DNA of 64,000 nt, from assembly GCA_046735395.1 (NCBI GenBank), contig JBJKQR010000063.1, positions 13,947 through 77,946 on the forward strand, read 5' to 3'. This document shows, piece by piece, positions 1-8,979 of this stretch; the stretch's first letter is position 1; each line of letters starts with the position of its first letter. The stretch is from Fidelibacterota bacterium (lineage in GTDB: Bacteria; Fidelibacterota; Fidelibacteria; Fidelibacterales; DSDE01). A program made the translations under genes and the position numbers. The notes below the pieces were generated by a model. That model was not told the origin of the DNA. It was given only the letters and a program-made list of their open reading frames with translations, and made no database searches.

Positions 1-565
1 GATAGAGGTCTCGCCGGTAAAAGGTGGTGACACTTGGAATCACATTCTGAAACATCAGCGATCGGCTGCTGTTGATTTCACTGCCGAGGAGTTCGGTTTC
101 GAATTGCTGATTCTCTTCATTATATACACGAGTCCGGCCATATACCAGCCCGCAGTCTTCATGATCCTCCATGTACCGGATCTGGGCCTGCAATTTATGT
201 GGATCATCCCAATAATCATCTCCGTCACAGATGGCAATATATTTCCCGGATGTCCGGGGCAGATTATAGATATGGTTGATTAACCGCACACCTTTCGAAT
301 ATTGATTTTCCGTCTGATAAACCGGAAGAATACTGTCATATTTTTCCTCATATTCCCGAATGATGTCAGCCGTTCCGTCCGTGGAGGCATCATCATGTAT
401 CAATATCTCAAGTCTGAAATTCCCTTCCTGCGACAGAATTCCGTCCAGCGCAGCCCGGATATATTTTTCATGATTATAGGTGATACAGCAGACGGAGACG
501 ATGATGTCGTCATTATCCGCAGGAATATCCGATGAGGGAGTTGTTGAAGGGTCCAACACATTCAC
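1..565 (-). CDS. Glycosyltransferase family 2, truncated by the window edge (absent from the ORF track)
   Basis: Manual minus-strand translation: IVSVCCITYNHEKYIRAALDGILSQ...EILIHDDASTDGT...GKYIAICDGDDYW. The start is GTG at 565 or 580. Confidence 0.88.
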   Translation of the reverse strand, partial: MNVLDPSTTPSSDIPADNDDIIVSVCCITYNHEKYIRAALDGILSQEGNFRLEILIHDDASTDGTADIIREYEEKYDSILPVYQTENQYSKGVRLINHIYNLPRTSGKYIAICDGDDYWDDPHKLQAQIRYMEDHEDCGLVYGRTRVYNEENQQFETELLGSEINSSRSLMFQNVIPSVTTFYRRDLY

Positions 566-803
566 TTTATTTATGAACACAAAAAATCCGGCCCATGGTT
601 TATGTTATGAATATTTATGTCTTCTGACAATATTTTTAAACAGGGAAAAGGACAAATATCATGATAATACTTAGCGATTTTATTAATATATTCTGCCAGC
701 AGTTACGAGAGCGATTCGTCTCAAGAAAACGGAAACAGGTTAATCGTCCACACCTATAAATAAACTCCAGATCGTTTTGAAGCAAATCACTCCTGAAGAC
801 ATC

Positions 804-1523
804 ATGAATCCCGAATTGAAAACGGCCGTCATGCAGCCTTACACCTTTCCCTATATCGGATATTTTCAGCTGATTAATGCCGTTGATATATTTGTTTTTT
901 ATGATGATGTAAATTTTATTAAGGGAGGTTGGATAAACCGGAACCGCATCCTGTCCGGATCCACGGATTACCGGATGACCATTCCGCTGAAAAATATCAG
1001 TCCGAACCGGAAAATCTGTGAAACTGAGCTGGCCGGCAAGCAGTTTCAGTTCTGGTATGACAAATTCCGCAAGACCCTGGCACACAGTTATTCCAAAGCC
1101 CCCTGTTACAGCGACGCCATGCATCTGATCGAGAGCACGTTTTCGCAGGATTTCCGATTCATTTCAAATCTGGCCATGGCAAGTGTCATGAAAACCTGCG
1201 AATACCTGGATCTTGAAACCCGGTTTCAGAAATCTTCCGAATCGTATTCCGGAAACAGGGACCTGAACCGGACGGAACGGCTCATTGACATCTGCAGACG
1301 CAACCATTCGGGAACCTACATCAATCCCATCGGCGGACAAAGCCTCTATACAAAAGATGCATTCCGGCAGCACGGAATTGATCTCCACTTTCTATCTTCA
1401 GATGATATTCAATATCCACAATTTTCTTCGGATTTCATTCCGAATTTATCCATCATTGATGTCCTGATGTTCAATACAAAAGATGAAATAAAAAATTTCC
1501 TGAAAGAATACCGGTTAATATAA
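804..1523 (+). CDS. WbqC family protein (putative glycyl/aminoacyl transferase of glycan loci)
   Basis: Motifs MQPYTFPYIGYFQLI, YDDVNF..GWINRNRI, YINPIGG and FIPNLSIIDVLM. ATG 804 preferred over TTG 777. Confidence 0.88.
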   Translation: MNPELKTAVMQPYTFPYIGYFQLINAVDIFVFYDDVNFIKGGWINRNRILSGSTDYRMTIPLKNISPNRKICETELAGKQFQFWYDKFRKTLAHSYSKAPCYSDAMHLIESTFSQDFRFISNLAMASVMKTCEYLDLETRFQKSSESYSGNRDLNRTERLIDICRRNHSGTYINPIGGQSLYTKDAFRQHGIDLHFLSSDDIQYPQFSSDFIPNLSIIDVLMFNTKDEIKNFLKEYRLI

Positions 1524-2335
1524 TGAAAATGAAACGTATCGCCATTCACAGCGTTCCCAGATCGGGCTCCACCTGGCTGGGCAGCATCTTTGATTCACAC
1601 CCGGCTGTGATCTATAAATTTCAGCCCCTGTTCTCCTACGCACTGAAAGGATATCTTTCACCCGAATCGGATTTGGAACGGATTTTATCATTTTATCAGG
1701 AATTGGAGAACACCCGGGATGATTTCATGGATCAGGCCGACGCCAAAAGCCGGGGCATCGTTCCGGATTTCGCGAAATCATCTCCCCATACCATCGTATA
1801 CAAGGAAGTCCGCTATCATCACATCATTGAAAATTTACTGATACGGGACAAGGACATAAAAATCATCGGCCTGGTGAGAAATCCTCTGAGCACTCTTGCA
1901 TCCTGGCTGAAAGCTCCCCGCGAATTCCGCAGCGATCTTGGCTGGGATTTTGAGAAGGAATGGCTGGATGCGCCGTCGAAAAACCAGAACCGTCCCGAAG
2001 AATTTTACGGATTCAACAAGTGGATGGACGTCACACTCCTGTTCGAAAGGCTGAGCCGCAGCCATCCTCATAATTTTTATCTAATCCGTTACGAATCCCT
2101 GCTGACCAACACCCTGGATGAAGTCCGCAACTTATTTAAATTTGCAGGACTGGAATTTACCGAACAAACTGAGACCTTTATCAATGCCAGCAAAGCCCGC
2201 CATACCACTGACAGCTATGGCGTGTACAAAAAAAAGACCGGGCGCGACGATTGGAAAAACAGTTTACCGCAGCAAATCATTGAGACCGTTCAGGCTGAAC
2301 TGGAGAAAGCCGGCCTGGAATCATATCTGTCCTGA
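1523..2335 (+). CDS. PAPS-dependent sulfotransferase
   Basis: 5'-PSB loop SVPRSGSTWL, 3'-PB motif LVRNPLSTLASW, and IRYESL. Start overlaps the WbqC stop (TAATG). Confidence 0.85.
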   Translation: MKMKRIAIHSVPRSGSTWLGSIFDSHPAVIYKFQPLFSYALKGYLSPESDLERILSFYQELENTRDDFMDQADAKSRGIVPDFAKSSPHTIVYKEVRYHHIIENLLIRDKDIKIIGLVRNPLSTLASWLKAPREFRSDLGWDFEKEWLDAPSKNQNRPEEFYGFNKWMDVTLLFERLSRSHPHNFYLIRYESLLTNTLDEVRNLFKFAGLEFTEQTETFINASKARHTTDSYGVYKKKTGRDDWKNSLPQQIIETVQAELEKAGLESYLS

Positions 2336-2440
2336 CTCAGGCCCGATTGAATTACCGGATTAAAGAGCTTTGACAAACACACGCTGTCCGGCTTCGCCCG
2401 GTCACGCTTACGGTGTGTATATAATTTCGGTTATATAGTT

Positions 2441-3481
2441 CTATTCATTGATTATCAGGGAAATATCGCCGCGGGGATGAACGTCTCCCACAATGGCGGC
2501 ATCGGCATACCCATCCTGCCTTAACCTGTTCAGCAGGTCATCGGCCCGATTTTCGGGAACCGCGATCAGCAGGCCTCCGCTGGTCTGAGGATCCGCCAGC
2601 AGCAGCTTCTCCGCATCACTCATTTTTTCATCAAAGTGACACCGGGCCTTCACGTAGTCAAAATTTTTACGACAGCCTCCGGGAATTACATTCCGGGATA
2701 CGAATTCCAGCGACTCCCGGATCCGGGGAATCTGTCCGGCCTGAAATACCAGCGTCTTGTCCGCCGCCGCCATCTCAAGTGCATGACCGAGAAGACCGAA
2801 GCCGGTAATATCGGTACAAGCCGTAGCTCCGAACTCCGTCATCAGCTCGGATGCCCGCTGGTTGGTATTCATCATGACCGCGATGACTTCCTTTTCCAGC
2901 TCTTCGTCCACCAGTTCGCGCTTGATGGCCGTGGTCAGGCTGCCGATACCCAGCGCTTTGGTGAGAATCAGCCGGTCACCGGGCCGGGCTGTGGAATTTC
3001 GGATAATACGGTCCGGATGAATGAGGCCGGTACAGCTCAGGCCGAAGAACATCTCCAGATTTTCGATGGTATGGCCCCCGAGCGTCACAGCGCCGGAGCG
3101 TCTCACCATGCTCGCCGCCCCCTGATAGATTTTCTTCAGGTCATCGAGGCTCAGGTTGATTTTGTCAAATCCGACGATATTGAGAACATTGATGACCTTC
3201 CCGCCCATGGCCCAGATGTCACTCATGCTGTTTGCAGCTGCTATCTGACCGAAAATATAAGGATCATCCACCACCGGCGTGATGAAGTCAACAGTCTGAA
3301 CAAGGGCGCTGTCGTCGGAAATTTTATAGACACCGGCATCCTCGTTCCCTGTCATATCACACAAAATGCAGGGATCCTCGTGATTCAATTCCCCCAGAAG
3401 TCCGCTCAGGTCCTCCGGACCCATCTTAGCGGCTCAACCGGCGCACTGGACATAATGGGTCAGTCGGATATCTCCGGCCAT
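2441..3481 (-). CDS. selD: Selenide, water dikinase (selenophosphate synthetase), selenocysteine-containing
   Basis: MAGDIRLTHYVQCAG-[UGA 3436..3434]-AAKMGP continues in frame into EDAGVY, QTVDFITPVVDDPY.FG.IAAANS.SD, GGHT, TDITGFGLLGH and DPQTSGGLL. Confidence 0.93.
3402..3432 (-). promoter_or_regulatory. Bacterial SECIS element of selD
   Basis: Directly 3' of the UGA: CCGCU-AAGAU-GGGUCC-GGA-GGACCU-G-AGCGG, a lower stem plus an apical stem with a G-leading loop. Confidence 0.75.
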
Positions 3482-3614
3482 CTGTCTTCCTTTCCTCGTG
3501 TCAGTTTCTCTTTCCCGGATCCCCGGAACACACCTGAATGTCTGCCCGGCATACTTCCGAAAATCATGCGGCATATTACGTTCAATTTACAAATATATCA
3601 AGCAGGGATATAGC

Positions 3615-4439
3615 TCAGTTCCGGGTAAGGCGATTCAACAGCAGCACATTGGCCGGTATCCAGAATCCGATGCAGGCATAACGGATAAAGCGGAACAGTT
3701 CCTGCGGAGGAAACAGCTTTTTCAGCCCGACATAGAGTCCGAGTACAACGGCGACACCGATCAGCACAATCAGAATTCCCTGCAGAAACCGGGTAACCTG
3801 CTCAGGAATCCGCGGGCGAAAGAGAAGATGCCCGGCATAAAAACCGAATAAGGCACCGGTCAGGGTAAGGGCTTCATCTCCGGGAAAGGCCAGCGACAGC
3901 AGAAGAAGAAAACTGCCTACGTGAAGAAATTTCCGCATCTCCGTCTGCTCCTCTATGTAAGCTGTAATAAGCGGATGAAATTTCTGGTAGGCGGCAATCA
4001 CGACAATGGCAAAAGCCCAGCCTCCCAGAATGTCAGACGGATAATGAACACCCAGATAGATCCGTGACAGGGCAATGAAGAAAATCATCACCGCAGCCAG
4101 AACAGACATCCAGGATTTTCGAATCAACAAGGCCAGCATGATCCAGAGCGTGGCGCTGCCCTGAGCATGGCCGCTGGGAAAGGCATATCCGGTGGCAGAA
4201 ATCAAAGCCACCGCGTCAGGCGGCCGGGGAATCTGAAACAGGGCTTTCAGCCAGACATTGAGGAGCAGCGACAGCATGACCACGAAAAAGAGCCGGGTGG
4301 ATTTGTCCCGGTGCCATGCCCAGTATAACACGGGCAGAATGAGCACATAGAAGGCCTCATCCCCGAAAAACGTGAAAAATCTGAAAAACAGGGTCAGCGC
4401 TTCGGATTGAAACTGCTGGAGGAAGTGTATGAGCGTCAT
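3615..4439 (-). CDS. PAP2 family membrane phosphatase
   Basis: Motifs KALFQIPRP, FPSGHA and SRIYLGVHYPSDI, with multiple TM segments. Confidence 0.9.
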   Translation of the reverse strand: MTLIHFLQQFQSEALTLFFRFFTFFGDEAFYVLILPVLYWAWHRDKSTRLFFVVMLSLLLNVWLKALFQIPRPPDAVALISATGYAFPSGHAQGSATLWIMLALLIRKSWMSVLAAVMIFFIALSRIYLGVHYPSDILGGWAFAIVVIAAYQKFHPLITAYIEEQTEMRKFLHVGSFLLLLSLAFPGDEALTLTGALFGFYAGHLLFRPRIPEQVTRFLQGILIVLIGVAVVLGLYVGLKKLFPPQELFRFIRYACIGFWIPANVLLLNRLTRN

Positions 4440-4456
4440 GAGCTCTCCTTTCTGCT

Positions 4457-5935
4457 TCAGCCATTCATCCGTCGGAGAAAGTCCCCGAGGATGATGCGAT
4501 ACAGATCATCTTTCAGAATCGTATCTTCATAGCCATTGTCAATATTCGGATTGTCATTGATCTCCATAATCACCGGGCCGGCAGGCCCTTCCTTGATATC
4601 CACGCCGTAGAGGCCGTCTCCGATGAGCCGGGATGCCCTCAGTGCAAGATCGATAATTTCGGCAGGCGCATCATCCACAGAGAAGCATTTCACTTTTCCG
4701 GCGGTGAAGCGGTTACCGGCTTCGTCCTGCTTCTTTACAATCTGCCAGTGGTTCCGCGCCATATAATATTTACAGATGAACAGGGGAACATTATTCAGGA
4801 TCCCGATTCTCCAGTCGAACTCGGTCGCCATGTATTCCTGGGCCAGCAGCAGATCCGAATCGTCAAAGAGACGGCCGGTCAGCACCTTCAGATCCTGGAC
4901 ATTTTTCACTTTATGCACGCCGATCCCGAAGGAACCGTCCGGAATTTTGATCACCATGGGAAAATTCAGTTTATTCGGGAGAAAACGGATACTGCGCCGG
5001 TCAATGATATGCGTGTCGGGAACAGCGATGTCATGCGTACGGAACAGTTCGGCCAGGTAGACCTTATTGCTGCAGCGGACAATGGAATCGGGATCATCAA
5101 TGACCGGAATACCGAGCAGAGCGGCATCCTGGGCAAAGGCGAAGGTATGGTGATCAATGGACGTGGTTTCCCGGATAAAGAGCGCATCGTATTCACTGAG
5201 CGAGGAGGCATCGCCTTTCTGGATAAGCCCTACATCCAGTCCCATGTCGGCTCCGATACGGATAAAATTTTCCAGTGCCTTCCGGTTTGACGGCGGTAAT
5301 TTTTCCTTCTCATTGTAGAGAATTGCCAGCCGCCGGCGGTGAGTGCGGGATTTCACTTCACGCCGGAACCGGCTTTTTATGAAGCGTGACAGTGCATCGA
5401 GAAAATTATCCTTCTGATCCGCTTTCCACACATCCTTCAGTGACTGCAGTTCCACCGAGTCCACGATGAGTTTCTTCTGGCCATGCCAGCGGACGAGAAG
5501 AGCCGGCGCGGGGAAATAGTCATAAATGACGGAGACGGCCTTTTTCATATTCGCATCCAGACCGCTCCCGAGAAAAATATAGAACTCTCCGCTGCTGTTT
5601 TCATTTTCACTTTTCAGGCGGAATCCCTTCTGGGCAATCAGATCATTCATCTCCTTGAGTATGGGTTTCAGACGCCGCTTCCAGTTCAGAGCCAGAAGTA
5701 TATCCACAGAGGGGATCATGGCCTCTCCGCGTGCCTGGGCCAGCAGAGACGAATAATAGCCGCGGCCGAGGTAATCGGACTGGCGGCAGAGATTGATGAT
5801 TTCAAAGGTCCGTGAATAGCGTTTCTGACTCAGAGTATAGCTGCCCAGCAGATAATCATTGACCATGACCGTATCCAGACTGTCCATGGATTCAAGCTCA
5901 GGCACATGTTCATCAAGGATGACAATCGGTTTCAA
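4457..5935 (-). CDS. RimK family ATP-grasp ligase with N-terminal RLAN-type domain
   Basis: N-domain INLCRQSDYLGRGYYSSLLAQARG; ATP-grasp motifs LFIRETT, VIKIPDGSFG.GV, QEYM.TEFDWR and YGVDIK...EINDNP. Confidence 0.87.
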   Translation of the reverse strand: MKPIVILDEHVPELESMDSLDTVMVNDYLLGSYTLSQKRYSRTFEIINLCRQSDYLGRGYYSSLLAQARGEAMIPSVDILLALNWKRRLKPILKEMNDLIAQKGFRLKSENENSSGEFYIFLGSGLDANMKKAVSVIYDYFPAPALLVRWHGQKKLIVDSVELQSLKDVWKADQKDNFLDALSRFIKSRFRREVKSRTHRRRLAILYNEKEKLPPSNRKALENFIRIGADMGLDVGLIQKGDASSLSEYDALFIRETTSIDHHTFAFAQDAALLGIPVIDDPDSIVRCSNKVYLAELFRTHDIAVPDTHIIDRRSIRFLPNKLNFPMVIKIPDGSFGIGVHKVKNVQDLKVLTGRLFDDSDLLLAQEYMATEFDWRIGILNNVPLFICKYYMARNHWQIVKKQDEAGNRFTAGKVKCFSVDDAPAEIIDLALRASRLIGDGLYGVDIKEGPAGPVIMEINDNPNIDNGYEDTILKDDLYRIILGDFLRRMNG

Positions 5936-6369
5936 AAAAGTTTCTCCATTCTCAGGGCGGCACTGCCGTCTTCGTAAAAATGTTCATAAGCTCCGAAGCG
6001 CCGGAATCCGTCCCTTTCATAGAATCGGATGGCACTGAAATTATCCGGGCGGACTTCGAGAAGCAGTCGTGTCAGACCCCTCCGCCGCAGCTCGTCATAG
6101 ACGGCATCCATCAGTTCACGGGCAAGTCCCCGATTCCGGTATTCGGGCAGTACGGCCAGGCTGTAGAGCCGGCAGGACCGGGAATTTTTCCGGAAAAATA
6201 CCAGGGCGTAGCCTACCGGAAGGACTCCATCCACAGTACAGAGAATCCGTTTTCCGGGATGAGCCAGATATCTGCGAAAAGCCCCGCGTGAAAGGCGGTC
6301 CGCCGCGAAACACCGTTCCTCAATGGCCAGAAGCGGGTCAATATCGTCCGATCGGGCAATGCGGATCAT
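5932..6369 (-). CDS. GNAT (RimI-like) N-acetyltransferase
   Basis: Motifs RLYSLAVLPEYRNRGLA, LEVRPDN.SAIRFYE and YEDG.AALRM. Start uncertain (ATG 6369 versus the 6447/6444 extension). Confidence 0.85.
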   Translation of the reverse strand: MIRIARSDDIDPLLAIEERCFAADRLSRGAFRRYLAHPGKRILCTVDGVLPVGYALVFFRKNSRSCRLYSLAVLPEYRNRGLARELMDAVYDELRRRGLTRLLLEVRPDNFSAIRFYERDGFRRFGAYEHFYEDGSAALRMEKLF

Positions 6370-6518
6370 AGAACCTGCGGATGATAATGAAAAAGGGTGC
6401 GGATCATATTCATGGTTTAATTTAGATGCTTTGCAGATTTCCATCACTAATTATTTATCTGGAGAATAATATTCAGGCCTGTCTTTGCATCGGCTGCGGC
6501 GATGTCGATCAGATTCAT

Positions 6519-8006
6519 TCATCGGCGCAGCAGCAGCTTTTTCCATGTGGAAGGACGGCTCCATTTCAAAAGGCTCTGACGCATCCTCAGCAGTTCAATA
6601 TCCTCGTAAAAACGAAGGAAAAAGAGGAAAGCGGGAAAAAGAGCCGCGATAAGAATCTTCAGGGCAATCCCCGGCTCTTCCTTCAATCCGAGGAAATAAA
6701 AAGCTGCATACAACCCGCCTCCGGTCAGGATCAGTTTCAGCAGCTTGGAATATTCATAAGGGATGGGATATTTTGCTGTCGAATCCCGCAGTGTGAGGAA
6801 AAGCAGCAGGACAGAGGACAGAACTCCGGCCCAGACCGCGCCTGTACTGCTCCAGGTCCGGATGAAGATAACATTCAGAATGATGCTGACAGCCAGCGTA
6901 ATCAGCGTTTCCCTCGCCAGGCTGGATGTTTCGCCGGAAACATACAGACCGAGCGAAGCAACCGCCCTCATACCGGCCGGAATATAGGCTATAATCATTA
7001 CGGGAATCAGCGTTGCCGCCGGCCAGAAATCCTGATTTCTGCCGAAGAACCAGAGCAGTTCATGACTGAACAGCGATAAGATCAATCCGGCCCATACCAG
7101 CAGAAGCGTAAAGTAGGTCATCATCTTCGAATAATAGCGAAGAGCTCCCGGCTGTCCGTTCTTTTTAAACGCGATGGGCAGAAATCCCAGGGTGAAGCTC
7201 TGGATAAACACCATATTCAGAACACCTGCAATCCGGCCGGCCAGGTTGTAGAGACCAACCTGCTCATAATTATCCATTGCCTTGAGAAAATAATTTCCGC
7301 CATTATTCAACAGCATGGCTGCCAGACTGCTGACGATCAGCGGAAGGCCGAAACGAAGCGCCTGACGAAAAATGACAGGATCAAAACGGAGATCGATTTT
7401 CCGGAGCTGAAGAGGAATCAGCACCGCTGCGAGAAGCAGGTTTCCGGCCAGGCTTGCCATCAGCACACCGGCTACACCCATATTCCATTGCAGAATTAAT
7501 AGGATGGTGAGTCCGAGGGTGACCATCAGCTTGGACAGTGTCGCCGTGATGTAGAGGAAACTCTTTTCCCGGGCCCGAACCGTACCCAGGAAAAATGTAT
7601 TCAGCACGCTCACTCCCATAATCCAGCCGCTGAGTCGGAAATACCGTGTAAATTGCAGTTTATCATGAAAAAACATTGCCAGAACCGGAGCGGATACTTG
7701 AAAAAACAAGCCTGCGCCCACCGCAATCACGGCCATGACCGACAGATAGGTGAACATCAGCGGATCGCCCTCCCTCTGCCTCTCGCCCGAGGGTGCATAG
7801 CGAAGATAGGCCTGCGGAAATCCGATCACCAGAACCTGCACTGCAATGGCCACAGTAATTTCAAAAATACTCAGAACACCGAAGTCCTCAAGGCTGAGCC
7901 TGCTCGTATACAGGGGAAGCAGGATCAATCCGGCCAGTTTGCCGCCCAGGTTGCCGAAACTGTAAACCAGAGAATGACGAAGTGTCTTTTTCAGATCATC
8001 AAGCAC
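6519..8006 (-). CDS. Wzx-type oligosaccharide flippase
   Basis: About 12-14 hydrophobic segments; motifs LILLPLYT..LS..DFG, LRFGLPL and VGLYNLA. Confidence 0.85.
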   Translation of the reverse strand: MLDDLKKTLRHSLVYSFGNLGGKLAGLILLPLYTSRLSLEDFGVLSIFEITVAIAVQVLVIGFPQAYLRYAPSGERQREGDPLMFTYLSVMAVIAVGAGLFFQVSAPVLAMFFHDKLQFTRYFRLSGWIMGVSVLNTFFLGTVRAREKSFLYITATLSKLMVTLGLTILLILQWNMGVAGVLMASLAGNLLLAAVLIPLQLRKIDLRFDPVIFRQALRFGLPLIVSSLAAMLLNNGGNYFLKAMDNYEQVGLYNLAGRIAGVLNMVFIQSFTLGFLPIAFKKNGQPGALRYYSKMMTYFTLLLVWAGLILSLFSHELLWFFGRNQDFWPAATLIPVMIIAYIPAGMRAVASLGLYVSGETSSLARETLITLAVSIILNVIFIRTWSSTGAVWAGVLSSVLLLFLTLRDSTAKYPIPYEYSKLLKLILTGGGLYAAFYFLGLKEEPGIALKILIAALFPAFLFFLRFYEDIELLRMRQSLLKWSRPSTWKKLLLRR

Positions 8007-8781
8007 TGCGCCGGCCTTTTCCCCACTGATCCGGAAAGTCGTTGTCCAGGCTCATTCTTTCCGACCAGGTGGCCGTGACGACCAGAGTGTCTCTCAGCAG
8101 CTGCAGCGTGAAAACGATCAGTTTTTTCATGAACTTGTGAAAGGGAAGAGCATTTTTCTGCATGAAGAGAACCTGATGTACATCCATTCCACCGTCAAAA
8201 AGGATTTTGCAGAGTGTGTAGGGCGTAAACCAGAACCGGTGGTCGCTGTTGATAACCTCCCGGGACCGCAGAATATTCAGAAAATTATCCAGGCGAAAGG
8301 CATAGGGAACGGTCACAATGATGGCGTCGGCAATTCCGGAGAATTGACGGGACAGAGACCGGAGGAAGGCGACAGGATTTCCGATATGCTCCAGAACATC
8401 CGGAACCAGCAGAACATCAAAATGATCTTCAAGAATCTCCGGGGGAAGCGGATCCCGGGACACATCAACGCAGTACAGGTCGCTGATCCCGAATTTTTCC
8501 GTTACATAGGCCATCCCCACGGCATCTATGTCAATGCCCACACAGCGGGAAGCAGTCTGAAGCAGCCGGGCATGCAGCCAGGTTCCGTCACCGATTTTCT
8601 TTTCCACCAGGGGAAGATGATCCATAAATCCCATATGAATAATCCGTTTGCCGCGAACCGCCTCCATCAGGTACTCATCGCGGTTCAACTCCGCATTTCT
8701 TTCACCGGCCAGATTGATTCTCAATCCTTTATGGAATGCCGAACCCCGGATATAATCCCGGATACTATCTGACAGCTGCAT
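7999..8781 (-). CDS. Class I SAM-dependent methyltransferase
   Basis: Motifs IIHMG, CVGIDID, FDVLLVPDVLEHI.NP and IVTVP. SD-like GAGGGG precedes ATG 8781. Confidence 0.72.
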   Translation of the reverse strand: MQLSDSIRDYIRGSAFHKGLRINLAGERNAELNRDEYLMEAVRGKRIIHMGFMDHLPLVEKKIGDGTWLHARLLQTASRCVGIDIDAVGMAYVTEKFGISDLYCVDVSRDPLPPEILEDHFDVLLVPDVLEHIGNPVAFLRSLSRQFSGIADAIIVTVPYAFRLDNFLNILRSREVINSDHRFWFTPYTLCKILFDGGMDVHQVLFMQKNALPFHKFMKKLIVFTLQLLRDTLVVTATWSERMSLDNDFPDQWGKGRRSA

Positions 8782-8979
8782 TGCCCCCTCCACCTGAAAT
8801 TTCAGGTATTATACTCAAATTCCCCTGAATCTCATATGGAATTCATCCCTGCAGATCCGGAATTTTTCACAACTGTCAAATCCTGCCGTCCAATAAGCTA
8901 TAGAATATGAAAGCTCAAATAAATAAATTACAGCAATGCTGAAGAAAACAGATCGTAGATCACAAATAATGGAAACCCT

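Noticed and set aside
1..3481. selD next to glycan genes as a selenosugar/selenoneine (senABC) cluster
   Set aside because: No SenA/EgtB-like or SenB-like gene was recognised, and this SelD looks like the canonical Sec-containing type, convergent with the sulfotransferase.
2636..3613. 325-aa plus-strand ORF
   Set aside because: Antisense shadow of selD with no recognisable motifs.
5928..5945. Possible -1 frameshift fusing GNAT to RimK at CTTTTTTGA
   Set aside because: A GGAG SD upstream of the TTG start explains this as ordinary TTGA translational coupling.
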